DNA of 64,000 nt from IMG/VR virus record IMGVR_UViG_2634166314_000001, positions 3,311 through 67,310 of that record. The stretch is one strand, 5' to 3'. The notes beneath the pieces are model-generated. The model saw only the letters and a list, made by a program, of their open reading frames with translations. It ran no database searches and had not been told where the DNA came from. The stretch is from a virus (Duplodnaviria; Caudoviricetes). Shown piece by piece: positions 1 to 9,548 of the stretch (its first letter is position 1; each line of letters starts with the position of its first letter). The translations under genes and the position numbers were made by a program.

Positions 1-34
1 ATTATGTACATTATTTTCCCAAATCCCCTACATT

Positions 35-967
35 ATGAAGGTCATCGTAACACTTTCCGGAGGTAAGGATTCCACAGCTACATTGATTTTAGCTTTGAAT
101 AAATTCAATCGCTCGAACTTAATTTTCCTATTTTGCGATACAGGATGGGAACATGAGATTACATATAAATACTTAGATTATCTCGAAGAGAGGTTTGGCA
201 TTAATATTATTCGTACACGGTCTTACAAATTTGACTCACTGGTTGATTTAGCCAAGAAAAAGGGGCGTTTTCCTTCGACAAAAAGCAGATTTTGTACCGA
301 GGAGCTGAAGGTGAAACCAATGATTGATTTCATACTGGATCAGGTAAATGATAACATATTAGTTCTTCAAGGAATTAGGGCAGAAGAAAGTCATAAGAGA
401 GCTACAATGCCTAAGAATTGCGAATTTTTTAAATTTTACTTTGAACCTTACACATACGACAAAAATGGAAGGGGAAAGTATTATACATATCGAAAAGCGG
501 ATGTTATTTCATTTTGTAAAGAGTATGTTCACGATGTAGATCGCCCTATTATTGATTGGAGCGAGAGTGATGTATTTGCTTTTTTGGAGGCAAATTTTAC
601 TGAGCGGAATAAATTATATGATATGGGATTTCATAGGGTTGGTTGCTTCCCTTGTATAATGTGTGGAAAGGAGGAATTTAAGTTAATTGTTAAAAATTTT
701 CCTGCTTGGATTCAAGGCTTAGCCAAGCAGGAAGAGCAAATAGGAGCATCCTTCTTTCCTCCAAAGTATATTCCTAAGACATATTGCAGTATCCAGAAGG
801 AAATTTTTGACAAAAGGTCCGGCAAGTCTCGTCTGGTATTTATCCCGACTGTTACCGATGTTGCTAAATATGTTTTTACAAGAGCTTATTCTAGAAACAA
901 GAAAATGAGAGATAAGACTCTTAGTCTATTCGGTTGTTCTAATAATCTTAATCCTTGTGAAGTTTGA
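35..967 (+). CDS. PAPS reductase (CysH/DndC-like) family protein
   Basis: PP-loop SGGKDS, DTGWE, GIRAEES and RVGCFPC motifs. Confidence 0.9.
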   Translation: MKVIVTLSGGKDSTATLILALNKFNRSNLIFLFCDTGWEHEITYKYLDYLEERFGINIIRTRSYKFDSLVDLAKKKGRFPSTKSRFCTEELKVKPMIDFILDQVNDNILVLQGIRAEESHKRATMPKNCEFFKFYFEPYTYDKNGRGKYYTYRKADVISFCKEYVHDVDRPIIDWSESDVFAFLEANFTERNKLYDMGFHRVGCFPCIMCGKEEFKLIVKNFPAWIQGLAKQEEQIGASFFPPKYIPKTYCSIQKEIFDKRSGKSRLVFIPTVTDVAKYVFTRAYSRNKKMRDKTLSLFGCSNNLNPCEV

Positions 968-1322
968 ACTATTTCTCAATTGGTACGAAAATCAAATTAG
1001 CATGAAACAAAATACAGAATTAATCGAAACAATTATCAATCTCACTCAGGCGATCATACTGCTTCAAAAGGCGGATGGCATTTTGATAAATGATCTTCCT
1101 GCTTACTATAGGGTCTCTCCTGACAAAGATGTTTTCTTTGGTTCGCTTTTTTTTAAAAGCACAAAAGGGCTTATAGGTGAAATACTTGGAACTATTCATT
1201 TTGATAAGTGGTATAACGAAAGCGTAAAATTATCTGGGTCTGATTTGTTCTTTACTACTCCAGGTGACTTGCCAATAAAGGTTACTCTATTGACAAAATT
1301 GAGCGTTGACTCATACAGATAG
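957..1322 (+). CDS. hypothetical protein
   Basis: ORF in tightly packed operon; start uncertain (GTG 957 or ATG 1002). Confidence 0.55.
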   Translation: MKFELFLNWYENQISMKQNTELIETIINLTQAIILLQKADGILINDLPAYYRVSPDKDVFFGSLFFKSTKGLIGEILGTIHFDKWYNESVKLSGSDLFFTTPGDLPIKVTLLTKLSVDSYR

Positions 1323-1324
1323 CT

Positions 1325-1792
1325 ATGAATTCAATAGAGCAAGAAAATATAAACGATCAAATAGAGGAGTTTTACAAAAAAACAGGTATTGCTATTTGGT
1401 ATCTGGTAGAACCAGCTGAGATATATCATGGAATGCTGGTTGCAAGCATGGATTTTGGTGTTTCAGAATCGGATTTTTGGTGCAAGGATTGCCAGTTTAA
1501 GTATTTCCATATTGATTCCCGTAAATGGGAATTTTATCTATGTACAAACTCAGGGCGCATATTATTATTCATTAGACACACCTCAGCAACAAGTCTATTC
1601 TACCCCTTAACTCTTGATCTTGGTAATCAATTTAAACAGGGTGTAAATGCCAAAATTCCAGTAATATCTGATTTGATTGATAGATACCAATTGTTCGATA
1701 GATCATTGGTTAATGGGTACAGTATTAATCCTAACATTCTGCTTGGAATATGTTCAGATGGCGCAGGGAATTTCACTCAAAGAAACTTTTAA
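1325..1792 (+). CDS. hypothetical protein
   Basis: 155-aa ORF, operon spacing. Confidence 0.65.
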   Translation: MNSIEQENINDQIEEFYKKTGIAIWYLVEPAEIYHGMLVASMDFGVSESDFWCKDCQFKYFHIDSRKWEFYLCTNSGRILLFIRHTSATSLFYPLTLDLGNQFKQGVNAKIPVISDLIDRYQLFDRSLVNGYSINPNILLGICSDGAGNFTQRNF

Positions 1793-1810
1793 TCAAAAAT
1801 AGGAATAACT

Positions 1811-2452
1811 ATGGAAAAGGATGAGATAATCCGTTTATTGGAACTATTTCGTTACAAAGAAAACGACAGACCAGGATTAAATAATTACTTGGACGTAACT
1901 TGGAATAGCAACAAATATGTCGCTACTACAACTCCCCACCATTTTATTATCATTAAAAAGTCGATTTATGAATTTACTCCATCAGGGTTTCTGAATCTTT
2001 CCGCACACATTCCATCCCCTAACTGCGAGGTTGAAATCTCTGTTAATGAGATAATCAACAAAGTATCTCAAATTAGGTTGGTTGAGGTAGAACAAGAATG
2101 CGAGTGTTCTTATTGTTCCGGGACTGGTGAGGTTAAAGAGGGCTTTTATTCCTCATATTGTCGAAACTGTGACGGATATGGGTTTGTTGGAAATGGGCAG
2201 TACGAAACCATCATCGATGAAGAAGTACGAATAAAAATTAGGGACAGTTTATTCAACAATGGATTTATTGCCAAACTACTTGAAGTTTGTCAGGCCACAA
2301 ATTCTAAAAATATTTTCTTGATTCATCAGAAAGATGAACGGGTAAATCTATTCAAAATAAATAATGAAATTTTGATAGGAATTATGCCTATGCGCCCCGC
2401 AAAAGATGAAGAATTTGTGACAATTGATCTGAAAAATCCTGCGTCAGCTTAA
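1811..2452 (+). CDS. Sliding-clamp-like fragment with DnaJ-type zinc finger
   Basis: CSYCSGTG and CRNCDGYG repeats; VATTTPH and IGIMPMR resemble beta-clamp ATDGH and LIMPMR motifs. Confidence 0.55.
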   Translation: MEKDEIIRLLELFRYKENDRPGLNNYLDVTWNSNKYVATTTPHHFIIIKKSIYEFTPSGFLNLSAHIPSPNCEVEISVNEIINKVSQIRLVEVEQECECSYCSGTGEVKEGFYSSYCRNCDGYGFVGNGQYETIIDEEVRIKIRDSLFNNGFIAKLLEVCQATNSKNIFLIHQKDERVNLFKINNEILIGIMPMRPAKDEEFVTIDLKNPASA

Positions 2453-2547
2453 TGGGTTTATCTCTACGTCGCTTCTTCCCTTTTTCTCTTTCAGGGTTGT
2501 CAGCCACAGAAATGTTAGTTACTGCAGTATCAAACAGAATTAAGATT

Positions 2548-3348
2548 ATGGAATCATATTTTGGAGGCAAAGGATCAGATGGGACATATCAAACTATCAT
2601 TAATCAGATACCAGCTGTGGAAATTTATATCGAAGCCTATGCTGGACATGCAAGTGTTTTTCGAAAAATGATCCGGCCTAACTTAACAATATTAAATGAT
2701 ATTAATCCTAAAGTTTATCAGAAACTTATTGCTCATTTTCCGGAAAGCATCAGTTTTAGTGATGATACGGACCGGAAAGATTTTATCCGGAAGTATCTTG
2801 AAAAAATAAGTAACTCGAGCATCGGAGAAATTAAAAATACTTGCCAAGGAAATAACGATGCCGGATCTATTTTGATAATTGAGTGTCTTGATGCAATTGA
2901 TTTGATAGATAAATACAAGGAATTAATTGAAGTTTTTAATTCGCTGATTTATTCAGACCCACCTTACCCACTCGGATCGAGAAAAAGTCAAGTAAAAAGA
3001 TACGAATTTGAAATGACTGACCAGGATCATGTTAAGTATCTGAAGTATCTGAAAAACATTCGTTGTAAGCAGCTTATTAGTACTTATCCAAATGATATTT
3101 ATGAAGATTTACTACCCCCCCCCTATTTTAATCTGCATGAGTTCTGGTCTCAAACAAGGAAAGGGTTAGCTAAAGAATATTTATACAAAAATTATGAAAC
3201 ACCTACTGAGCTTCAAGATTACAGCTATTTAGGAAGTGATTTCAGGGAGCGAGACAAATTAAAGCGGATTAAAAGAAATTTCCTGAGAAAATTTAAAGAA
3301 ATGCCCCGTCAACTACAAAACTCAATTTTGAAAGAACTACTGTTATGA
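2548..3348 (+). CDS. DNA adenine methyltransferase (Dam-like)
   Basis: YFGGK, EAYAG, NDIN and DPPY motifs; ATG 2548 preferred over 2452. Confidence 0.85.
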   Translation: MESYFGGKGSDGTYQTIINQIPAVEIYIEAYAGHASVFRKMIRPNLTILNDINPKVYQKLIAHFPESISFSDDTDRKDFIRKYLEKISNSSIGEIKNTCQGNNDAGSILIIECLDAIDLIDKYKELIEVFNSLIYSDPPYPLGSRKSQVKRYEFEMTDQDHVKYLKYLKNIRCKQLISTYPNDIYEDLLPPPYFNLHEFWSQTRKGLAKEYLYKNYETPTELQDYSYLGSDFRERDKLKRIKRNFLRKFKEMPRQLQNSILKELLL

Positions 3349-4997
3349 AAACTGTTGCACACTTTGACACTATCGCAAAATTTAAGCCTAATTCAGTTAT
3401 TATAACTAAAAGATGGGTTCAATCTGAACGATCAGAGGAAACAACTCAAAATGAAGTTTCCTTGGCGAATTTGCTAAAAGATGGAGCAAAGTCTGAAAAT
3501 ATGAACGGGTACTTGTCAGAGGCTTCTAAAAGAAATTTAAAGAACCTGGCAGAAAACTTTCTAATGTCGGTTGAGCTTACTACAGGCATGAAGTATGCGA
3601 CTGATTCAACTAAAAAAAACGGAGAAAAATCATTCAGTTTGCTTGCGGATCAGGTAAAAAGGATTTCAGGGGTCGAATATCAACAAAATAATCAGGTGTA
3701 TCCGACTTTCATAACGTTGACTCTCCCATCAAAGCAACTTCATAATGATAACTATATCAAGAACGAGTGTCTCGACCCATTCATAGAATGGCTTAAATCT
3801 GATCGTGAGTACATTACAAGAAAAGGCAAGGGAAAAGGTTTATTGCAGGGGTGTAATGTAAAGGTATATTTGTGGAGAGCTGAAACTCAGAAAAACGGGC
3901 AGTTGCATTTCCATATAATAGTTGATCGGTGGATAGATAAAGATCAGATTCGTTGGCGTTGGAATCAGATAGTCAATCGGCTGGGCTATGTTGACAGATT
4001 TCGTAATGTGCAACTTCATAAATATAGAAACGGTTTCTCATGCACGGTTGAGGAAATAGAGTCGCAGCGCAAAAAGTTACAGGATAAGTTATTTCAGGCT
4101 AATAAGCATAATCAATTGCCGAAAAATATTCATCCGGCCGTTGAACATGAGTTTATCACAGCTTTCAAGTCTGGAAAAAAAGCGTTTTCTGTGAAAAAAT
4201 CTGCTGAATTGGCAAAATGTGTACTTGAGTACAATTACAGAAAGAAAGTTGAGAATAATTTTACCGATCCTCCAAGTACCCAGGTAATCCCAATTCAGAA
4301 TGCAAAGAGTGTAACAGCATATGTTACCAAGTACATTTCAAAGTCTAGTGAGGAAATTGCTCCGAAATTAAATGATAATCAGGAGTTTGTTGCTACTGAG
4401 GAGTTTGGCAAGTTGAAAAAATATATTGTCAATTATCGTTACGAATTATCACTTGATGGTCAGGAGGTGAAGATTGAGACAAGTCGCCAGGAGTATAAAC
4501 CGAGATTTGAAACAAGGAAGGTCACTGGCCGCTTATGGGGACGAAGCGACTCTCTTTTTGGAATTAAAGCTTTTGAAAAAGCGATTTATACTTACAAACT
4601 TGTTGAGGAGCCAGTCTATGAAACCAGGGTTGAAAATAAAAAAATATTTTCCCACACCATAACTGACCTCTGGGGAAATGAGTCGTTGAAATATGAACAT
4701 AGAGATGTATTAGTTACTGATACTCACTATAAGCGACAAGCTTACGGTATTGAGGATAAAGTAAGCTGGAATTATATAGATTGTTTGAAAAATATTATTG
4801 GAAAAGCACAGATCGATGAAGCGACAAATAAAGTAGGCGGAAGTTTCGTCGCCTTCGGTGGACAGGTCATTCCAGTCTATAAAAAAGAAGAGGGTAAGGT
4901 AAAATACCAAAAGCATTTTATGCAGGAAAATGCGCCAGAGCTTTATAATGAGTACTTAAACCACTATGGCGAAATATTCAAGACCCTCTACGCTTGA
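3345..4997 (+). CDS. Rolling-circle replication initiator (HUH endonuclease)
   Basis: Motif I FITLTL, motif II LHFHIIV (preceded by WRAETQKNG), motif III YVTKYISK. Confidence 0.8.
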   Translation: MKTVAHFDTIAKFKPNSVIITKRWVQSERSEETTQNEVSLANLLKDGAKSENMNGYLSEASKRNLKNLAENFLMSVELTTGMKYATDSTKKNGEKSFSLLADQVKRISGVEYQQNNQVYPTFITLTLPSKQLHNDNYIKNECLDPFIEWLKSDREYITRKGKGKGLLQGCNVKVYLWRAETQKNGQLHFHIIVDRWIDKDQIRWRWNQIVNRLGYVDRFRNVQLHKYRNGFSCTVEEIESQRKKLQDKLFQANKHNQLPKNIHPAVEHEFITAFKSGKKAFSVKKSAELAKCVLEYNYRKKVENNFTDPPSTQVIPIQNAKSVTAYVTKYISKSSEEIAPKLNDNQEFVATEEFGKLKKYIVNYRYELSLDGQEVKIETSRQEYKPRFETRKVTGRLWGRSDSLFGIKAFEKAIYTYKLVEEPVYETRVENKKIFSHTITDLWGNESLKYEHRDVLVTDTHYKRQAYGIEDKVSWNYIDCLKNIIGKAQIDEATNKVGGSFVAFGGQVIPVYKKEEGKVKYQKHFMQENAPELYNEYLNHYGEIFKTLYA

Positions 4998-5211
4998 CAA
5001 GTTTGGTACCTGGGAAGTATTGGAGGATGGTAGTCTGTTTGAAACGGCTAACAATTATCATATCACCCCTGATAGGTTCGGTGAATCAGATTGGTGGTCA
5101 TTCTTCAGGACAGACCCAAGCCATAACTGGGGGGATTATATGAAAGCCTTATTTCGTGCATGCGAAGTGGGGAAGATTAAAGAATTAAACATGAAAATGT
5201 CTGACGAATAA
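4966..5211 (+). CDS. hypothetical protein
   Basis: 81-aa ORF overlapping end of Rep. Confidence 0.6.
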   Translation: MAKYSRPSTLDKFGTWEVLEDGSLFETANNYHITPDRFGESDWWSFFRTDPSHNWGDYMKALFRACEVGKIKELNMKMSDE

Positions 5212-5223
5212 ATAATACCGGTT

Positions 5224-5556
5224 ATGGATAATAAACCTGAAAAAATAAGTTTCTCAAAAAATTGGAACCACAAGCTTGATTGTGAATATTTTACTACATT
5301 CAGACTTTTCAACCCGGAAAAATATTTTGAAGGGCGATCGGTTGAAATACATGAAAACGGTGTTTTAAAGAAAACAGCAGTTATTCAGTCAGTTAGGGTA
5401 TTGTACCTCAGCCAAATTAACGGCTGGATGACTGCGATAGACGCAGGATGTGGTGTAGAGTACTTCGAAAAGATTATTAAAACAATGTATAAAAACAAAG
5501 TTTCAGATTTCACTACTCAAAAGTTTCATTTTCTTTTACTTAGAACTTTACAATAA
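5224..5556 (+). CDS. hypothetical protein, possibly ASCH/PUA-like
   Basis: ISFSKNWNHKL...FTTFRL pattern. Confidence 0.55.
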   Translation: MDNKPEKISFSKNWNHKLDCEYFTTFRLFNPEKYFEGRSVEIHENGVLKKTAVIQSVRVLYLSQINGWMTAIDAGCGVEYFEKIIKTMYKNKVSDFTTQKFHFLLLRTLQ

Positions 5557-5586
5557 GGATAATTTCAACTTTAAACTACAATAGAA

Positions 5587-5913
5587 ATGGCATTAAGTTT
5601 TAAAACGGTAGAACAGGCTTATGAGATATTCGGTCTCATTAAAAAAGAGTTCCTGCCTGATTTGAATATACCATCATGGCCCTCTGATATGGGTGAATGG
5701 GGTACTAAAAGGCAGACATATCCTCCGGTGTTAGAGGTACTTGGTTGGGGAAAAAAGCAAGATGATGGGTGGGAAAGTATTTGTTTTTTCATCCAAAATC
5801 CGTCAAAAGAGTTGATTGATGGATTTGAAAAGCTTAATACAATAAAGGGAAATACGCATATCTGTAAACCTTATGATCTAAATGATAGGCTATTTTGCAT
5901 TGGTTGGTTTTAG
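5587..5913 (+). CDS. hypothetical protein
   Basis: 108-aa ORF. Confidence 0.65.
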   Translation: MALSFKTVEQAYEIFGLIKKEFLPDLNIPSWPSDMGEWGTKRQTYPPVLEVLGWGKKQDDGWESICFFIQNPSKELIDGFEKLNTIKGNTHICKPYDLNDRLFCIGWF

Positions 5914-5988
5914 GTCCTATAGGAATTTATTCGATTCGAATTTTGTATGTTTTTTTTGTATTTTTGAGTACTGAACTTATTATATGCT

Positions 5989-6387
5989 ATGAATTTTAAA
6001 GCCAAAAATACGACTGTTTTGACTGCTGAGGGTAAAGCTGAGTTGTTTTTTCAAACGGTAAATTGCGATCACCTGCTAGAAAACTACCGAACAGATGTAA
6101 ATAAGATAGGTAAAGAAAGGGTACATGATGTTAAATTTTCAGATATATCTCAACTTTTGTCTGGCAATGTCTGTTTTAGTGAAGTACCGAAATCGAAAAA
6201 CAAATTTCAAGCAATTTCGTTTTACCGGGGAAAATATTACGTAACTTTTTATTACCTTGACAAGAGAAAAGATTGTGAAACTTTATTTGCAGTAATAATC
6301 AGCTGCTACATAAGCCATGAAAGCCATATCATTAAAAAATACGACACCTATAAAAAGGAAGTCGAGCAACAATACGGAAAAAAATAA
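5989..6387 (+). CDS. hypothetical protein, possible BrnT/RelE-fold toxin
   Basis: Ends with beta strands YYVTFY...AVIISC then a helix; TATTTTTG promoter-like element upstream. Confidence 0.45.
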   Translation: MNFKAKNTTVLTAEGKAELFFQTVNCDHLLENYRTDVNKIGKERVHDVKFSDISQLLSGNVCFSEVPKSKNKFQAISFYRGKYYVTFYYLDKRKDCETLFAVIISCYISHESHIIKKYDTYKKEVEQQYGKK

Positions 6388-6481
6388 GAAATCTCCAACT
6401 TACATGATATTTGATGGTAAAATGTATAAGGAAGACGATAGCGGGAAAATGAAGCCATTCATTCCAAAACGCACGAAATAA
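6317..6481 (+). CDS. small basic protein (54 aa), possible antitoxin-like partner
   Basis: Read from sequence: MKAISLKNTT...FIPKRTK*, overlaps previous gene and ends just before terminator. Confidence 0.4.
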   Translation: MKAISLKNTTPIKRKSSNNTEKNKKSPTYMIFDGKMYKEDDSGKMKPFIPKRTK

Positions 6482-6486
6482 TATTT

Positions 6487-6517
6487 AGCCCTCATTCCAA
6501 GAATGAGGGCTTTTTTT
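6487..6517 (+). terminator. Rho-independent terminator between convergent genes
   Basis: agccctcattc-caa-gaatgagggct followed by T run. Confidence 0.85.
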
Positions 6518-6743
6518 ATGATAATGATACTGCAGTAATCTTCACTCCCGCCAGTCTGGCCAGCTTTGGAGATTCTCCGAGAAATCTCATTATTAATAAT
6601 GCTTCCTGTGGGTAGATGGTTGCCCTGTAGTTTAGGACTTTTGGAAGGTACTCTGAAAGTCCGCTTTTTTCTGCATGACTTTTAAGAGTTGATACTTTTA
6701 TCTGGTAGCAATCTGCTACTTGGGTGAGAGAAAATCCGATCAT
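6516..6743 (-). CDS. Small HTH DNA-binding protein (DUF4248-like)
   Basis: SLTQVADCYQIKVSTLK HTH and YPQEALLIMRFLGE C-terminus. Confidence 0.6.
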   Translation of the reverse strand: MIGFSLTQVADCYQIKVSTLKSHAEKSGLSEYLPKVLNYRATIYPQEALLIMRFLGESPKLARLAGVKITAVSLS

Positions 6744-6924
6744 GTTGCCGTGAACTTACTGTGAACCTCCCGGAAACTGTCAAGCTATTGCGAACGGAAG
6801 TCCGATTCTTTAGCTTTGTTTCACGAAAAAGAGGGTGATATCGGTAGTACAAAGGTCGAATGTTGATGCTAAGATACACCCTTATTCTCATTTTGTCAAT
6901 AGTCACGAAATCCAACGAAATCCG

Positions 6925-7815
6925 ATGAAAAAGAGCAGAAACAACGGAATCCACGCTACAACCTCACCAAAGGTTAGCCAGAAACTTCTTGAAAGAATTA
7001 ACAAGGAGGCTGAGGAGTATGAAGACGGAAAAGCCGGGGTAATTCGGGAAGCCTTAACAGAGTATTTTTTTCCCAATCCAGTCGAGATTTCCATTCCAGG
7101 GCCGGAAATCATCGAAGAAAGAACTTACACAATACAGGGGCTTGTAGGCTTAGACGTTGCTCACGCTTTAAATAGTTTTTCCCATCAAAATAATGTGGGA
7201 ATTGAGGTGGTTTCCGGCAGCATCCTGACGGATTTCGTTAATCAGCGTTGGAAATATAAACAAAATGCTGAGGAACGTATTGACATAGTTGTTTTACCGA
7301 CTGATTTAGCAGAAATCCGTAGATTGTTCGAGTCTGAGCAGGATTCTGTTGCTTATGAAGATTTCCTAACAGATGTTCTCAGGGCAGGGATTTTAGCAAA
7401 GAAATCCGAGAAAAACACTGGATTTCGCATTGATGGACTCAGTCAAGAAACGCCGGACAATTCAATTAAAATCTCCTTCGATGAAATTAATGATGAAGAG
7501 GTGCGGAAATCGTTGCAGGAATCCGGTTTTAATGAAGATCGGTATATGACTATCAAAAAGGAAAGCGAGACCCGTGATAAGTTTTCAAGATTGCTGGATG
7601 AAAAAGTTGAGGAATTAAACAGAAAAGTACGGGCATCTGAAGCTAAGATTCTTCAGTCTGAGGCTTATATTGAGAGTTTCGAGAAATTCAGGTTAGCAAC
7701 TTTAGCTGTCATTAAAAGTTATGCTGAATACTCTTCTTCCTCAATATTTTCAAAACTGAAACGCTTTACTGAGCAGGAAATCGTTTCTAAATATTTTGAT
7801 CAGAAGTTTTTGTAA
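6925..7815 (+). CDS. Protein with N-terminal ribbon-helix-helix-like domain and C-terminal coiled coil
   Basis: SPKVSQKLLERINKEA...KAGVIREALTEYF; ATG 6925 preferred. Confidence 0.55.
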   Translation: MKKSRNNGIHATTSPKVSQKLLERINKEAEEYEDGKAGVIREALTEYFFPNPVEISIPGPEIIEERTYTIQGLVGLDVAHALNSFSHQNNVGIEVVSGSILTDFVNQRWKYKQNAEERIDIVVLPTDLAEIRRLFESEQDSVAYEDFLTDVLRAGILAKKSEKNTGFRIDGLSQETPDNSIKISFDEINDEEVRKSLQESGFNEDRYMTIKKESETRDKFSRLLDEKVEELNRKVRASEAKILQSEAYIESFEKFRLATLAVIKSYAEYSSSSIFSKLKRFTEQEIVSKYFDQKFL

Positions 7816-7827
7816 AATTATGAACGA

Positions 7828-8238
7828 ATGAAGGTACTTGCACTTGTGGAAATAGATCCATTGACTGGAATAATCGTTGAAAAGTTGCCTCATAAAATTT
7901 ACTCTGAAAATTGTTCGGTTGAACGGGCTGACTCTTTCTTCATACAAAGTATTGCATTAAAGAAAGCAAAATCGAATTTGACGGAAATCGAACGAAATCA
8001 GCAAATTCGTTTAACAGCAAATTTCGAAGAAATCGTTAAAATGGGCTTCATACATCACTCGGAATTTGAAAAAGTTATTGAAAAGAAGCTGATCGAAATA
8101 CAGAACCGTATCACACTTAGGTTTTATTACGATTTCTGGATTAAAAAGCCGATTTCAAAGATGCGGTGGAGAATTACTGCAAAAGTGGGCCCGTCTTTGG
8201 TAAAATTCTTAATAAGGTTAAAAAATGGGAAACATTGA
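7828..8238 (+). CDS. hypothetical protein
   Basis: 136-aa ORF in operon. Confidence 0.6.
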   Translation: MKVLALVEIDPLTGIIVEKLPHKIYSENCSVERADSFFIQSIALKKAKSNLTEIERNQQIRLTANFEEIVKMGFIHHSEFEKVIEKKLIEIQNRITLRFYYDFWIKKPISKMRWRITAKVGPSLVKFLIRLKNGKH

Positions 8239-8866
8239 TTTTTTAAGTGATTTCGAAAATGCAGGTAATGATGATTCCTATGGATTATTCAGTACTGAAG
8301 TATCTCAGCCAGCTGAGGAACTATTACCGCACAGGGGTACACCATATCTTGAAAAATCGGGCGATTTCTTGGGAGGATTGTTCAAGACGGTAAATAAGCC
8401 GGAATCAGAATATGAGCCAAAATATTCGAGCGAAGACCTCGAAATTCGTGCTGAATTGATGGTTGATTTGCTAATGACGAAGTTTAATCTGTTTATCGGA
8501 TTGGCTAAAGGCGGAGTTTCGGAACTCGTAGTAAGCGATCAGGATTTGGAAATCTTACGAAATCACCAATTGAATGGATTTCCAGAAAGTGCAGAAACAG
8601 CGGAAATCCGGGAAAGAATTGCTGTTAAGGAAAAGTTGGAGCAAACTCCCCCGTCTGATATGAAGCTAAAGCGGGAAATCTTGAAAAAAGCCGTAAAACT
8701 GGATTTGGAACGAAAAATGAAAGCGGGAAAACTTGAGGAATTGTCAATTGAAAAAATGATACTAATGATGGTTTCCTCTGAGTTCTCTGTTTTGGTAGGG
8801 AAAAATTACGGGGTATTCAGCTCAATCGGAAAAAATCTCATAAAGAAAGCAAAAGGGTTTTTGTAA
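8225..8866 (+). CDS. hypothetical protein upstream of packaging ATPase
   Basis: Acidic N-terminus, amphipathic basic C-terminus. Confidence 0.65.
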   Translation: MGNIDFLSDFENAGNDDSYGLFSTEVSQPAEELLPHRGTPYLEKSGDFLGGLFKTVNKPESEYEPKYSSEDLEIRAELMVDLLMTKFNLFIGLAKGGVSELVVSDQDLEILRNHQLNGFPESAETAEIRERIAVKEKLEQTPPSDMKLKREILKKAVKLDLERKMKAGKLEELSIEKMILMMVSSEFSVLVGKNYGVFSSIGKNLIKKAKGFL

Positions 8867-8867
8867 T

Positions 8868-9548
8868 ATGGACGGAAGAGGTAACGTGTGGTATCTGTGC
8901 GGTAAGCGGGGAACAGGGAAATCGTTTGAGGCTCTGGAAATCGCTGCGTTTTTCAGGGAACGTAGAGAATCGCCTAAAAGAACGATTATCCTGGATCACA
9001 CCCAAAACGATGATACTTACGGAGGAATTGATGTAATTCAGATTGATGATCTCAGGTATTTGCTGCCTGGGAGAGCATGCGTAAGAGTACAAACCCAAGA
9101 CTGGTCCCGTTTCTTGGATTTCGCATTCAAAATTAAGAATGCTTCAATCGTGATCGATGATGCTACGGGATTATGGAGGGGTAATGTTCCGGATAAACTT
9201 ATTTCGTTCGTTGGACTTGCAAAAAATCACAGATTAGAGTTAATCATGCAGTTTCACACTATTGCGGATACTGCACCATCGATCTTAAAGAGTTGCAATA
9301 TGTTGGTTATAAAACAAACTAACGACTCGTTTCCAATCAAAAAAAGCGCACCCAATTCGCGCTTAATAGAACGAATGATATTGGATTGTGGGGATGAAAA
9401 TTCGAAATATGATCCTAATCGGAAATGGGCTACAAGGTTGGTGGACATAAATGAAGAGATGGTTTATGTTAAAAATCCGACAGTGTCAAATTTTGCTGAG
9501 TCTTATAAACAAAGGAGAGAGATTTCCGAAATCATAAAAACACTATGA
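8868..9548 (+). CDS. FtsK/HerA-superfamily ATPase, putative genome-packaging ATPase (A32/P9-like)
   Basis: N-terminal Walker A GKRGTGKS, Walker B IVIDDA, AKNHRLELIMQFH; only 226 aa, no nuclease domain. Confidence 0.75.
   Translation: MDGRGNVWYLCGKRGTGKSFEALEIAAFFRERRESPKRTIILDHTQNDDTYGGIDVIQIDDLRYLLPGRACVRVQTQDWSRFLDFAFKIKNASIVIDDATGLWRGNVPDKLISFVGLAKNHRLELIMQFHTIADTAPSILKSCNMLVIKQTNDSFPIKKSAPNSRLIERMILDCGDENSKYDPNRKWATRLVDINEEMVYVKNPTVSNFAESYKQRREISEIIKTL

Noticed and set aside
35-967. Complete Dnd phosphorothioation system or host sulfate assimilation operon
   Set aside because: No dndB/D/E or cysD/N neighbours; the context is phage early genes.
2452-2547. N-terminal extension of the methylase
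   Set aside because: The family motif YFGGK normally lies at the very N-terminus, favouring ATG 2548.
3345-9548. Outer element as a conjugative ICE (relaxase plus VirB4) or an inovirus (Zot)
   Set aside because: The ATPase is only 226 aa with no TM, no Tra genes are seen, and spike and lytic enzymes argue for a lytic tailless virion. Not fully excluded without profile searches.
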